From the NCBI GenBank assembly GCA_963768655.1, contig CAVYIM010000007.1, positions 64,001 to 128,000 on the forward strand: DNA of 64,000 nucleotides. Direction: 5' to 3'. Of this stretch, positions 9,253 through 18,108 are shown one piece after another (the stretch's first letter is position 1; every line of letters starts with the position of its first letter). This DNA comes from an uncultured Chloroflexia bacterium. GTDB taxonomy: Bacteria; Chloroflexota; Limnocylindria; Limnocylindrales; CSP1-4. The notes beneath the pieces were generated by a model, which worked only from the letters and a program-made list of their open reading frames with translations, was not told the origin of the DNA and ran no database searches. Position numbers and translations under genes: made by a program.

Positions 9253-9386
9253 ACTCAGCCGGCCGCGGAAAGCAACACCATCGCGGCATCGTCGCCGGCG
9301 GACTGCTGGCCCTTGCCCATGGTGGACGAGACAGCCGCCCGTCCTGCCAGAGCGCAGCAGCCATTCGGGTTCTTCGCCGGTCTGGC

Positions 9387-9506
9387 TCAGTGCGCCACCG
9401 TGGCGAGTTGCAACGCCACGACGGGCAGAACGATGAACACGAAGATCAGGACCGCTACGATCACCAGCACCCTGTGTCTGCTGGCGCAGCCCGTCACAGA
9501 TTGCAC
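9387..9506 (-). CDS. Small single-TM protein (39 aa)
   Basis: Manual translation (M)QSVTGCASRHRVLVIVAVLIFVFIVLPVVALQLATVAH; GGGGGTGA upstream of GTG. Confidence 0.4.
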   Translation of the reverse strand: MQSVTGCASRHRVLVIVAVLIFVFIVLPVVALQLATVAH

Positions 9507-9779
9507 GATCTCACCCCCAGAGTTCATACGAGCCGGAGCCAGTCCAGCATGGCCCGCCTCGCCTCGAACGACAAGCGCCCTGGGCCGCCTACTTGCGCTC
9601 GAAGACCCCGACAGGACAGCTCACCCCCAACCCGTGCGCAATACATGAAGCTTTCGGGTTGTGCTCCGGCGATTGCCTGGTCCGTCGCGGGTGTGCCAGT
9701 GCGTCACGAGTCCCCTTGACGGGGCCAGGCTAGGGCGCCATCTTCTCGGTGTTGGCTCTGCGAACGTTCGGGGGGAGAC

Positions 9780-10133
9780 ATGGGCATGTCGAGGAAGTTG
9801 CTGGTCGCGTTGCTCGCGGTGCTGGTGGTAGCCGCGGCATTCGGCGCGGGCTACTGGATCCGAGGCAACAATGGCTTGCACCCGGCCATCTACACCGCCG
9901 ACCGCTGCGACACCGGAGAGATTGGCGGATCATGCATCGTCGGTGGCACGACCTACGGCTTCGAGTCTCCACCAAGCTGGACCGACAGCGGGGGCGTCTT
10001 CCATGACAGCGGTTGGCCGACGTGCTTGCCGCAGATGAGCTCGGTCAAGGGCTTGCGGATCGCGGCTGACTGGCTGTACGTGGGACCCGGCGCTGAGGCA
10101 CACGTGTTCTGGGTGGACTGCCAGAACCGCTAG
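9780..10133 (+). CDS. Small secreted or membrane-anchored Cys-containing protein
   Basis: N-terminal hydrophobic segment, four Cys, SD GGGGGAG. Confidence 0.7.
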   Translation: MGMSRKLLVALLAVLVVAAAFGAGYWIRGNNGLHPAIYTADRCDTGEIGGSCIVGGTTYGFESPPSWTDSGGVFHDSGWPTCLPQMSSVKGLRIAADWLYVGPGAEAHVFWVDCQNR

Positions 10134-10160
10134 CTCCACACGGCCACGGGTGGCGAGTGC

Positions 10161-11003
10161 CTACTTACTGGCCGCTTGCGCAGGTTCCCACCGCCAGGCA
10201 GAGCCACGCTTCGTGACATGCCCAAGGCTCGGGAAGGGCGGGAAGTGGAACGCGAGTACCAGGGAGCGGTTGCTCGCTGCCCGGTCGAAGAGCCGTCGCT
10301 TGGTCGCGACTGCCGCCTCGGGATCGTAGTCCCAGACCGGATACCAGCCGGGATGCTCCAGGTGGATCGGATGCATCGCCGCATCGGAGAGGTACAGGAA
10401 CTCTTCGCTCCCGGAGCGAATGGCGACCGCCATATGGCCCGCGGTATGCCCAGCGGCGTCGATCGCGAGGATGCCGGGGACGATCTCGGTCTCGCCGCCG
10501 AGCAGCTCCACCTGGTCCCCTAGCGGCAGCAGGTTCGCCCGGGCCCACTCCCCGAAGAACGGCGCGAGGCCCGCCAGGATGGCCTCGTCGGTCCAGTAGT
10601 CCCACTCGTTGCGGAACATGACATAGCGCGCGTTCGGGAAGGCCAGGTAGCCATCCGCATCGACGTTGCCACCGATATGGTCTGGGTGGCCGTGAGTGAG
10701 GACCACGACGTCGATCTCACTGGGCTCGATCCCGGCACGTCGCAAGTTGCCGTTCAGTTTGCCAACGTTGGGCGTCATGTCGCCCGCTCCCGTGTCGATC
10801 AGGACAAGGTTCGAGTCCGTCCGGATGACGAGGCCGCTGTACGGGGATGGGATCCTGTCCGGCTGATGGCCGTGGGCTCTCAGCGCGTCCGCGACCTCAT
10901 CCGGTGGCGCGTTGACCACGTAGTCCGTCGCGTCGTAGTCCGTGTCACCGTCGCTGACGGCGATGCAGTCCATGGTCCCGATCTTGAACGTGTAGGCACC
11001 CAT
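10161..11003 (-). CDS. Metallo-beta-lactamase-fold hydrolase
   Basis: LIDTG, THGHPDHIGG, GHTAGH, AFHFPP. Confidence 0.93.
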   Translation of the reverse strand: MGAYTFKIGTMDCIAVSDGDTDYDATDYVVNAPPDEVADALRAHGHQPDRIPSPYSGLVIRTDSNLVLIDTGAGDMTPNVGKLNGNLRRAGIEPSEIDVVVLTHGHPDHIGGNVDADGYLAFPNARYVMFRNEWDYWTDEAILAGLAPFFGEWARANLLPLGDQVELLGGETEIVPGILAIDAAGHTAGHMAVAIRSGSEEFLYLSDAAMHPIHLEHPGWYPVWDYDPEAAVATKRRLFDRAASNRSLVLAFHFPPFPSLGHVTKRGSAWRWEPAQAASK

Positions 11004-11446
11004 GGCCGCTCCCTGACGTGCTGTCTCAGGTCACCGAGCGACGAACCTCTCGAGGCTGCGTCCGGCTTCGTCTGCACTAGTATTCGCTTTCAGCGGGCGA
11101 AATGCCGCTCTTTCCACCCGGTCGCTGACGCCGCGTAGCTCGGCGGTGGCTCGTGATCCTAGCCAGAGGGTAGCGTCGGCTTATCGCCGCGCAACAGGCT
11201 GGCTGTCGCCGGCTTGATGCGTGAGGCGAAGCTCGACCAGCGACACTCGACCGTCATCCTGACTGACCTCGCCGAACTGGCGAAGGTCCTCGTGTCGGCG
11301 GCGTGACCAAAGCAGTCACGTGACGTGACCGGCACCATCGCCCGCTCGTGTCGGGGCGATGGTCGGGGCGAGAGGACTTGAGGCCGAGATAACAAGCGAA
11401 CCCGCGGCGCAGAGGGAATGTGGCCGGCCCGGCCAGCGCGCGGCTC

Positions 11447-12094
11447 CTACTGAGAAACGACGAGCCAGAGCCGCAACGGCCCAAGAAAGACCCCCAGCAC
11501 CACGGCTCCGCAGAAGACGAACACGCCCAAGGCGATCAGGCCAGCCTTGAGACCCACGAGCTGCTGTGACTTCTTCGCTCTCGCCAGGGCCCGGCCGCCA
11601 ATGTTGGCCGCGGCTAGGGCGGCCACGAAGTAGACAGCCAGACCGACGCCGATAGCCGGGGCACTGCGCTCGCTGATGGCCGGGCCGATTCCTCGCGCCA
11701 CCCCGATCAGCCCCATCCACGGCGCCCACGACACGAACAGCTCTGCGAAGGCGAGGCTCCCCGCCCCTTTCACCGTGGCCGCCGCTCGGAACTCCTCGAT
11801 CGGGCGCCCACCTCTGGAGGCGATCCCATCGTGGAAGACGTAGCACAGGATGGCGTCGGTGATTCCCCGGATGTACTGAGCTCCGAAAATGAGGGACTTC
11901 CCGTCGAAAGCGAGCGGGGCTGACTCAGTCCATCGCGTGGTGGCCGTAGGCGCTGCGAATCTTGCGACCTCCCTCCCCTCCGAAGTGACACTGATGGTAA
12001 ATGGCCCTCCCGGCGCGGCCTCGAATGGCCGACGGGTGCCATCTTCGAGCGGGACCGACCATCGGTTGTGCATCAGGCGCATGTTGTTCTTCAC
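11447..12094 (-). CDS. Hypothetical membrane protein
   Basis: Three C-terminal hydrophobic segments. Confidence 0.6.
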   Translation of the reverse strand: MKNNMRLMHNRWSVPLEDGTRRPFEAAPGGPFTISVTSEGREVARFAAPTATTRWTESAPLAFDGKSLIFGAQYIRGITDAILCYVFHDGIASRGGRPIEEFRAAATVKGAGSLAFAELFVSWAPWMGLIGVARGIGPAISERSAPAIGVGLAVYFVAALAAANIGGRALARAKKSQQLVGLKAGLIALGVFVFCGAVVLGVFLGPLRLWLVVSQ

Positions 12095-12436
12095 CTAGTG
12101 GGCCGCATGAAGCGGTGTCGGGCTTCGTCAGCCGTGCTTATCATCCATTAGGCCAGTTCAGCGCGGAGAAGATACGGCTGACCGCCCCAACCAGTTGCCA
12201 GGACAGTGTGCTCTGAGGCCACGAATGAAGGCGGCCAGTTCAGGTCCGTCGGAGCCGCCCCGGGAGCTGAACGCCGGGAACACCTTCGGTCGCGATTACC
12301 GTCCTCTGGGCAGACAGCTGACCCCAGACGGCGTTGCCGCGTCTGGAATTGGACCTGCGACTCGATCCGCTGTCTTGTCGTGCGGCCAGCTTCTGTCCGG
12401 CACGTTGACCGAATGGCGTCGAGCCCCTAACAAGCC

Positions 12437-12924
12437 TCAGTGAGTCCCAATTGGCGTCGGCGCGATCGTGAATGTACCTGTGGTGCGCGTGGTGCCTTGT
12501 CCGTCCTCGATCGAGACGGTGTGCGATCCCAAGGCTTGCCCTCCGGGTACTGCGGTTGAGAAGACCTGCCAGCCCTCGTCCACGGGGATGTTGGTCGCGG
12601 CCGCCCCGTCGATCATGACGGTGATCCCATCCTGGTCGGAAAGCGGTTTTCCAGATCGACGGTCATCCATACCGTCGTTCCCTGCGGGAATGTGTTCGCG
12701 CGTCCAGTCAGGCCGGGAAGACCGTAGTCGTAGCCGGTGCCGAACCAGACCGTCCCAGGAGGAGGCGGTGATGGGGCGGGTGTTGTTGCGCTCTGCCATA
12801 CGGTGATGCCGACCAGCAGGGCAACAATCCATGCCAGGAGTGTCCAACGCAGGCCGGCCCGCCGCGAGCGAGTTGGATTGCTCGCCTTCGCCAGTTGGAC
12901 ACGAGACGCCTCGATGTGGCGCAA
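12437..12924 (-). pseudogene. Membrane-anchored protein split by a single-base deletion near 12650 (possible sequencing error)
   Basis: TM and PT linker ...WMTVDL continues in another frame as KPLSDQDGITVMIDG; the shift is in a GG/AAAA run. Confidence 0.55.
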
Positions 12925-13013
12925 ACCTTGAACCGCGACGCCAACGGTGCCCCCGAAGAGACTCGCCTTCCAGCCCAGGAGTGCGCAGACGAGGAGGAGG
13001 CAGGCGACCCCCC

Positions 13014-13040
13014 GTCGATGCCGGGCTAGAGGTCCGCTAG
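13014..13040 (+). pseudogene. Residual C-terminus (VDAGLEVR*) of an AAA_15/AAA_21-type ATPase gene
   Basis: GLEVR-stop one base before the DUF3226-like start, the usual arrangement of such pairs. Confidence 0.45.
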
Positions 13041-13041
13041 T

Positions 13042-13696
13042 GTGACGCCTCCGCTGCTATTCCAGCCATCCAAGCCGAAGCTCCTACTGGTCGACGGCCC
13101 CGATGATGTCCGCTTCTTCGATAGGTTAGCAGCGCATTGCGGCATCACGGATCTCGAAGTAGTTCCCACCTGGGGCAAGTCCAAACTGTCTACCCTGCTG
13201 TCCGCCGTAGCCCTGACTGCGGGTTTCCGCAGGGTCTCGTCACTCGGGATCGTCCAAGATGCCGACCAAGATCCCGAGGCGGCTTTTTCGCCGGGCCATC
13301 GGTGCGCTCCGGAGCGCCCATTTACCCGTTCCCAGGCAGGCCATGTCAACCGCATCGGCCCCCGGCCACCCATCCGTGACCGTACTTGTGTTGCCGGACA
13401 TCACCTCTCCCGGAGAGCTAGAGGACCTGCTGCTCGCGTCCGTGCACAACGATCCGGCCATGCCCTGCGTTGAGGCCTTCCTCCAGTGCATCGACAAGGA
13501 AGTCCCCGGTAGGAGTCCATTGGATGCCAAGTCCAAGCTCTACAGCTACATCGCCTCATCAGATGACCCAAGGTTGCGCGTTGGAGAGGCCGTCGACCAC
13601 GACCTGTTCCCGCTCGACTCTCCTGCGTTCGAGGCTACTCGGCAATTCCTCGCCCTTCTGAACATGTCAGGCTCGGCTCCGACCGTCTCCCAGTAG
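13042..13696 (+). pseudogene. DUF3226-like (TOPRIM-type) protein with an extra base at ~13284-13288
   Basis: LLLVDGPDD, LGIVQDAD, then in the shifted frame LPDITSPGELEDLLLASV and KSKLYSYIA; extra T in a T5 run. Confidence 0.75.
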
Positions 13697-13732
13697 CTCT
13701 CTCCGCATGCTCTAGCAAGCCGCTGCCCGCGA

Positions 13733-13759
13733 GCGACATTGGCGCACGCTGGCCCACGC
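13733..13759 (+). repeat. Intergenic 27-bp motif, copy A
   Basis: GCGACATTGGCGCACGCTGGCCCACGC, 24/27 identical to copy C. Confidence 0.75.
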
Positions 13760-13906
13760 TGGCATGGCCTGCCGGCCCTCGGCCTGGGGGGCAGTGGACG
13801 GCTCTCTGTCGACATCTATCCTCCTTCCCCGCTATCGCCGGGGCCATTCCCTACCGGTCCAGGTCGCTACAATCCCATGCAACCCGCAACTGAGGGATTC
13901 CTCGCC

Positions 13907-14260
13907 ATGGCGAACTGGGCTGGCGCTGTGTTTCTGGCAGCCTGCGGTTGCTACCTGGCCTCGTTGTTCTCGTCCGACCTAGCAGTAGACCTGCTCGGCA
14001 CCTCGTACCAAGCGCTACCCTCATTCATCCGTCGGCAGATGTGGCGCAACCCAACGCCCCGCGCGCGCAATGGCGCGTTAGCGCACTTCACCCGCGGCTT
14101 CGATCTCTGCCTGATTGCTCTCTGCCTCTTCGTCTTCGTCGGCACGCTGGTCTACGGTGGATCGCCCGCCGAGGAGAGAGTCGTATCAGCAGGCGGCCTC
14201 ATCGTCTTGCTCGGATGGGTCTGCTATCTGCTTCGCTTGCCGCGCGCAAGGGTTCGGTAG
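13907..14260 (+). CDS. Small 3-TM membrane protein (paralogue of 20645-21001)
   Basis: MANWAG...DLLGTSYQALP...RRQMWR...LPRARVR; TACAAT -10-like hexamer and GAGGGA SD upstream. Confidence 0.75.
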   Translation: MANWAGAVFLAACGCYLASLFSSDLAVDLLGTSYQALPSFIRRQMWRNPTPRARNGALAHFTRGFDLCLIALCLFVFVGTLVYGGSPAEERVVSAGGLIVLLGWVCYLLRLPRARVR

Positions 14261-14366
14261 CGGCCGAAGAGTTCTTGCCCGGACCGGGATGTGGTCTGGG
14301 CTTTCGGACGCGCGGCGGTCCCCACTCGGCGGACATAGCGGCATTTAGGCCCGGCCAGTCCCGCTG

Positions 14367-14393
14367 GCGACATAGACGAACACTCGCCCATGC
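14367..14393 (+). repeat. Intergenic 27-bp motif, copy B
   Basis: GCGACATAGACGAACACTCGCCCATGC, 22/27 identical to copy C. Confidence 0.65.
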
Positions 14394-14477
14394 TAGAGTC
14401 GCCGCGTCGGGCCGGCCCAGGTGGCCCAGGAGACTCAGCCCGCGCCGTGTATAGCGAACCGGGCGAGGGAACCTGTC

Positions 14478-14831
14478 GTGGATTCATGGACGCAGACTTG
14501 GCAATACGCAGCGCTCCTGGGCGTGACTCTGGCAATGGTCGCCTACGGGTCCGTCGCGGGCCTTGCTGCGCGCGGCCGGCTCTCGCCCACGCTGTCGCGA
14601 CCGGTCTCGTTGCTGGCATGGCGTCGGCGCCAGAGGACAGGCGTAAACCGCTCCGTGGCTCGTGTATGGGGGATCTTCCTCGGACTCTGGCAGGTCGTGC
14701 CGGGCTTCACGCTGTTGTCCTGGTGGCTCGACTGCCCCGGGGCAGTGCGTCTTGAGTGCGTCGCGTTCTTCGTCGTCGAGGCGGCCTGGTTCATGTACCT
14801 ACGCCAATTCATGGTTCCATCGCCGGCATGA
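14478..14831 (+). CDS. Small 3-TM membrane protein
   Basis: GAGGGA SD with GTG start; hydrophobic; ends AWFMYLRQF, similar to neighbours. Confidence 0.65.
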   Translation: MDSWTQTWQYAALLGVTLAMVAYGSVAGLAARGRLSPTLSRPVSLLAWRRRQRTGVNRSVARVWGIFLGLWQVVPGFTLLSWWLDCPGAVRLECVAFFVVEAAWFMYLRQFMVPSPA

Positions 14832-14883
14832 CACGGCCACCCAACTGAACCGCGGCCGGGCCCGGCCGAGGCCCCGCCCCCTG

Positions 14884-14910
14884 GTGACATTGGCGCACAC
14901 TCGCCCACGC
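14884..14910 (+). repeat. Intergenic 27-bp motif, copy C
   Basis: GTGACATTGGCGCACACTCGCCCACGC. Confidence 0.75.
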
Positions 14911-15308
14911 GAGGGCGACCTCGCCCAGACTTGAAACTGCCTGGCACCGATGTCTCGCTGCTAGCCTATGCGCGACCTTCATGCCCGCCGCAACGGAAGC
15001 CCAACATTGGTCGTGGCTCCATGACGCGGTGGGATACAGTCGACCGAAGAGAAAGGATGGGAATGACTTTCACCAAGGTGGCCTGGGTCGTCTGGGGTGT
15101 CTTCATTCTCTACTGGGCCGTCTCTGCCCGGCTCAGTCCCTCGCCTGCCGAGCGCCGCGAGGCATTGTCCGCGCGGTTGGTCTACTTGAGCTTGTTGGTA
15201 GTGGGCATTGCCCTGCTCGTGTTCGACCCGCCCTTCTACGGACCCCTGCTGTGGCGTTTCATCCCAGATGAGATCGGGGCCAATCTCATAGGTTTGGCCA
15301 TCTTGCTG

Positions 15309-16797
15309 GAGGTTGTCCCGAGTTCCGTGGAATTTGAGTTGAGGGGAGGGTCCTCCAGCCCGGAGCGTGAGCTGTCACGCTACGGGAGACCCGGAAAGTC
15401 GAACTGGAGGAACCCATGCCATCGTCCCACGTCCGGCCCCGCCCTGAGAAGCGATGCCGCCGACCTCGCCGTCTCGTTCACCAGCTTCCTGCTGAGCTGA
15501 CAGGGCGGCTCGAGGGCCATCTCGCCACGTTCGCGAGCCATCTGCGCGAGGGCCTGCTGGCCGCTTCGACCGCGGTCGGCCTCGAGGTCCTCGACGAGCT
15601 GATGGCGGCTGAGGTTGACGGCCTGGCCGGCCCACGCGGCCGCCACCGAGCGGATCGAGTTGCCTATCGCCATGGCAGTGAAGCCGGAACCGTGACCCTG
15701 GGCGGCCGCCGACTCCGCGTCGAGCGGCCACGTGTGCGAAGTGCCGATGGAGCAGCCGAGCTGCCGCTCGCGACCTACGAGGCCGCGAGAGCCAGCGATC
15801 TGCTCGCCGACGGGATCGTCGCCCGGATGCTCGCGGGGCTCTCGACTCGCGACTATCCGGTTGGCCTCGAGCCTGTTGGCGAGGCCATCGAGGAGGCCGC
15901 CGTCTCGACCAGCCACGCCGCCGTCAGCCGCCGCTTCCTCGCCGCCACGGCAGAGCGCCTGGCTGAGCTGCTCGGGCGCAGACTCGACGACCGCCGCTAC
16001 CTCGTGCTCATGCTCGATGGCTTTCGCCTGGGCGATCACCTGCTCGTAGGCGCGCTCGGGATCGACGCCGCCGGCCACAAGGTGCCCCTCGGCGTGGTCG
16101 AGGGCACGACCGAGAACAGCGCGGTGGTCAACGCGCTCCTGGCGGACTTGCGCGATCGCGGTCTGGACACAAGCGCAGGCGTCCTCTTCGTCGTCGACGG
16201 CGGCTCCGCCATCGGTTCGGCCATCCCCACCTTCTTGGGCAAAGGCGTGGCGATCCATCGCTGCCATCGCCACAAAGAGCGCAACGTTCTAGAGCACCTG
16301 CCCGAGATCGAACGACCGCTCGCCCAGCGCCGGCTTCGGGCCGCCTGGGCCGAGCGAGATCCGGACAGGGCGAAGGCGGCCCTCCACTCCCTGGCCCGCA
16401 GTCTGGCCCACAGCCGTCCGGGAGCCGCCGCGTCGCTGCGCGAGGGGCTCGACGACACGCTCACCCTGACGCGTCTGGGCATCAGCGGCTCGCTCTGGAG
16501 GACGCTCGAGTCGACCAACCCGATGGAATCGATGATCGAGATCGTCAAGACGCACGCCCGCCGGGTGAAGAACTGGGAGTCGGGCGAGATGGCGCTGCGC
16601 TGGGCCGCCGCTGGGATGCTCGCCGCAGAGGCTCAGTTCCGCCGAGTCTGTGGCTATCGGGAGCTGCCCATTCTTGCCGCTGCGCTGAAGCGCGAGCTCC
16701 ACATCGAAAGCGAGGCGAGCGCTACCAACCAACCGATATGATCAGCAACCTGGAGACCCGACCCTCACTGAAATTCCACGACGAGCGGGACATCCTC
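15309..16797 (+). mobile_element. IS256-family insertion sequence, copy 1 (1489 bp)
   Basis: Imperfect TIRs GAGGTTGTCCCG...GTGGAATTT / AAATTCCAC...CGGGACATCCTC; 8-bp TSD TCTTGCTG at 15301-15308 and 16798-16805. Confidence 0.95.
15416..16741 (+). CDS. IS256-family (mutator-type) DDE transposase
   Basis: GLSTR, LMLDG, VVDG, RCHRHKERN, STNPMES. Confidence 0.95.
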   Translation: MPSSHVRPRPEKRCRRPRRLVHQLPAELTGRLEGHLATFASHLREGLLAASTAVGLEVLDELMAAEVDGLAGPRGRHRADRVAYRHGSEAGTVTLGGRRLRVERPRVRSADGAAELPLATYEAARASDLLADGIVARMLAGLSTRDYPVGLEPVGEAIEEAAVSTSHAAVSRRFLAATAERLAELLGRRLDDRRYLVLMLDGFRLGDHLLVGALGIDAAGHKVPLGVVEGTTENSAVVNALLADLRDRGLDTSAGVLFVVDGGSAIGSAIPTFLGKGVAIHRCHRHKERNVLEHLPEIERPLAQRRLRAAWAERDPDRAKAALHSLARSLAHSRPGAAASLREGLDDTLTLTRLGISGSLWRTLESTNPMESMIEIVKTHARRVKNWESGEMALRWAAAGMLAAEAQFRRVCGYRELPILAAALKRELHIESEASATNQPI

Positions 16798-17444
16798 TCT
16801 TGCTGCTCGGCACAGGGTTTGCAGTCTGGGCGCGTCGACAGCTGGGGCAGTACTGGAGCGCCCGTGTTGCGCTTGCAGAAGGCCACCAGCTGATCCAGAC
16901 CGGCCCGTACCACCTTGTGCGCCACCCCATCTATCTCGGTGGCCTGGTGGGAGTCATGGGCACCGCGATCGTCATTGGAGAAATGAGAGGCCTGCTGTCG
17001 GTCGTCTTTGTGCTGGCTGTCGTCGTCCTCAAGATCAGAACAGAGGAAGCCTTCCTGGGTGAGCGGTTCGGTTCAGCCTACCGGCAGTATCGGGATGAAG
17101 TGAAGGCCCTCATTCCCTTTGTCTATTGAATGCTTGGTCGCCCAACAACCGTAGGAACACCGACACGAAAAGGCATCGGAGATTCCGCTGCGCCGGCAGA
17201 GCTAGCCAGGAATGCTGGGAGCCCCAGTGGACTTCAGTCAAGCACTCGCAGCGGCGTCTGGGATCTGGTCACCGGCCGCCCGCTTCGCTGCTATGCGCGG
17301 ATCATGTCGTTGGGACTTCCAGTGCGCCGTGCCGCGCTGTTCGTCCGACGATCCCGGCCTGGCCGCTCGGGCGGCTACGTCGGGGGCCCGCTCAGACCGG
17401 ACCCGTGGCGACCCACCATCTGCCGGGTCATACTGGCTAGCCGT

Positions 17445-17930
17445 ATGGATCAACTTGGCCAGTCTGCCCTCGTCGCCGCTGTCGTTGGCGCTGTCGTTGG
17501 CGGCTTGTCGGGCTTCCTTGTTGCGAGACTTCAGCGGACGTGGGACCTAGATGCTCGGCGGGCGGAGGATCGAAAGGCGCGCTTGAGAGCGGCAGCCGAT
17601 GTGATCTTTAGGTTCCTAGATAACGTCAACGAATGCCGGCGCACGACCGGCTCGCCTTCGGGTCCCTGGCCTCTCTCGCGGCCTATCGACCGTTTGTCCT
17701 CAGCTGACCGGTGGGCGGTGGCATCGGTTTTGTCCATCTTCCCAGACAGGCCGACATGGCCAGGGTTCTTCTATCCAGCGAATTACCTCCTTCAAGGAGA
17801 GGTCCCGTCAGCCACTGTCTCATGCGCTGAATTGGACGACATCGCGGCGTTCGCTAAGCGCAGGTTGCTGCTCCTGACGGTCGAGTTGGAACGTCTGGGC
17901 GACCCTAGTCTCCGCAACCTCGAAAGGTAG
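17445..17930 (+). CDS. Hypothetical protein with N-terminal TM
   Basis: MDQLGQSALVAAVVGAVVGGLSG..., followed by a charged helix. Confidence 0.6.
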   Translation: MDQLGQSALVAAVVGAVVGGLSGFLVARLQRTWDLDARRAEDRKARLRAAADVIFRFLDNVNECRRTTGSPSGPWPLSRPIDRLSSADRWAVASVLSIFPDRPTWPGFFYPANYLLQGEVPSATVSCAELDDIAAFAKRRLLLLTVELERLGDPSLRNLER

Positions 17931-18108
17931 GGAGCGTGGCCCATTCCCGCTGTGCGGGAGAAACCCAACACTGGCGCGCGCCGCGGTCGTCGTCTCTCTG
18001 GCCATTGCGTCACGATGTTCGCATCGTGAATGCTGGCGACGCGAGCCCTAGACACTCATGGCATACGTGGACCTCCGCCTTGATCTAGTCTCGTGACAGC
18101 GGCAAGAG

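Larger units (their letters stand above)
1113..9260 (-). mobile_element. Integrative, phage-satellite-like element core (Tyr recombinase, LSR, RepA-like AAA, ParB-MTase, TerS-like); true ends not defined
   Basis: Co-oriented genes, several with ATGA overlaps; two recombinases; rep gene with iteron-like repeats; no structural phage genes. Confidence 0.75.
15063..17129 (+). pseudogene. Isoprenylcysteine carboxyl methyltransferase (ICMT)-family gene interrupted by IS256
   Basis: 5' part 15063-15308 and 3' part 16806-17129 (GPYHLVRHPIY, EEAFL..RFG) join in frame once the IS and one TSD are removed. Confidence 0.9.

Noticed and set aside
11217-11306. Possible HAD-hydrolase C-terminal fragment (ILTDLAELAKVL)
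   Set aside because: Too short to support without a search.
13733-14910. CRISPR array
   Set aside because: Repeats are more than 500 bp apart with genes between them, and there are no cas genes.
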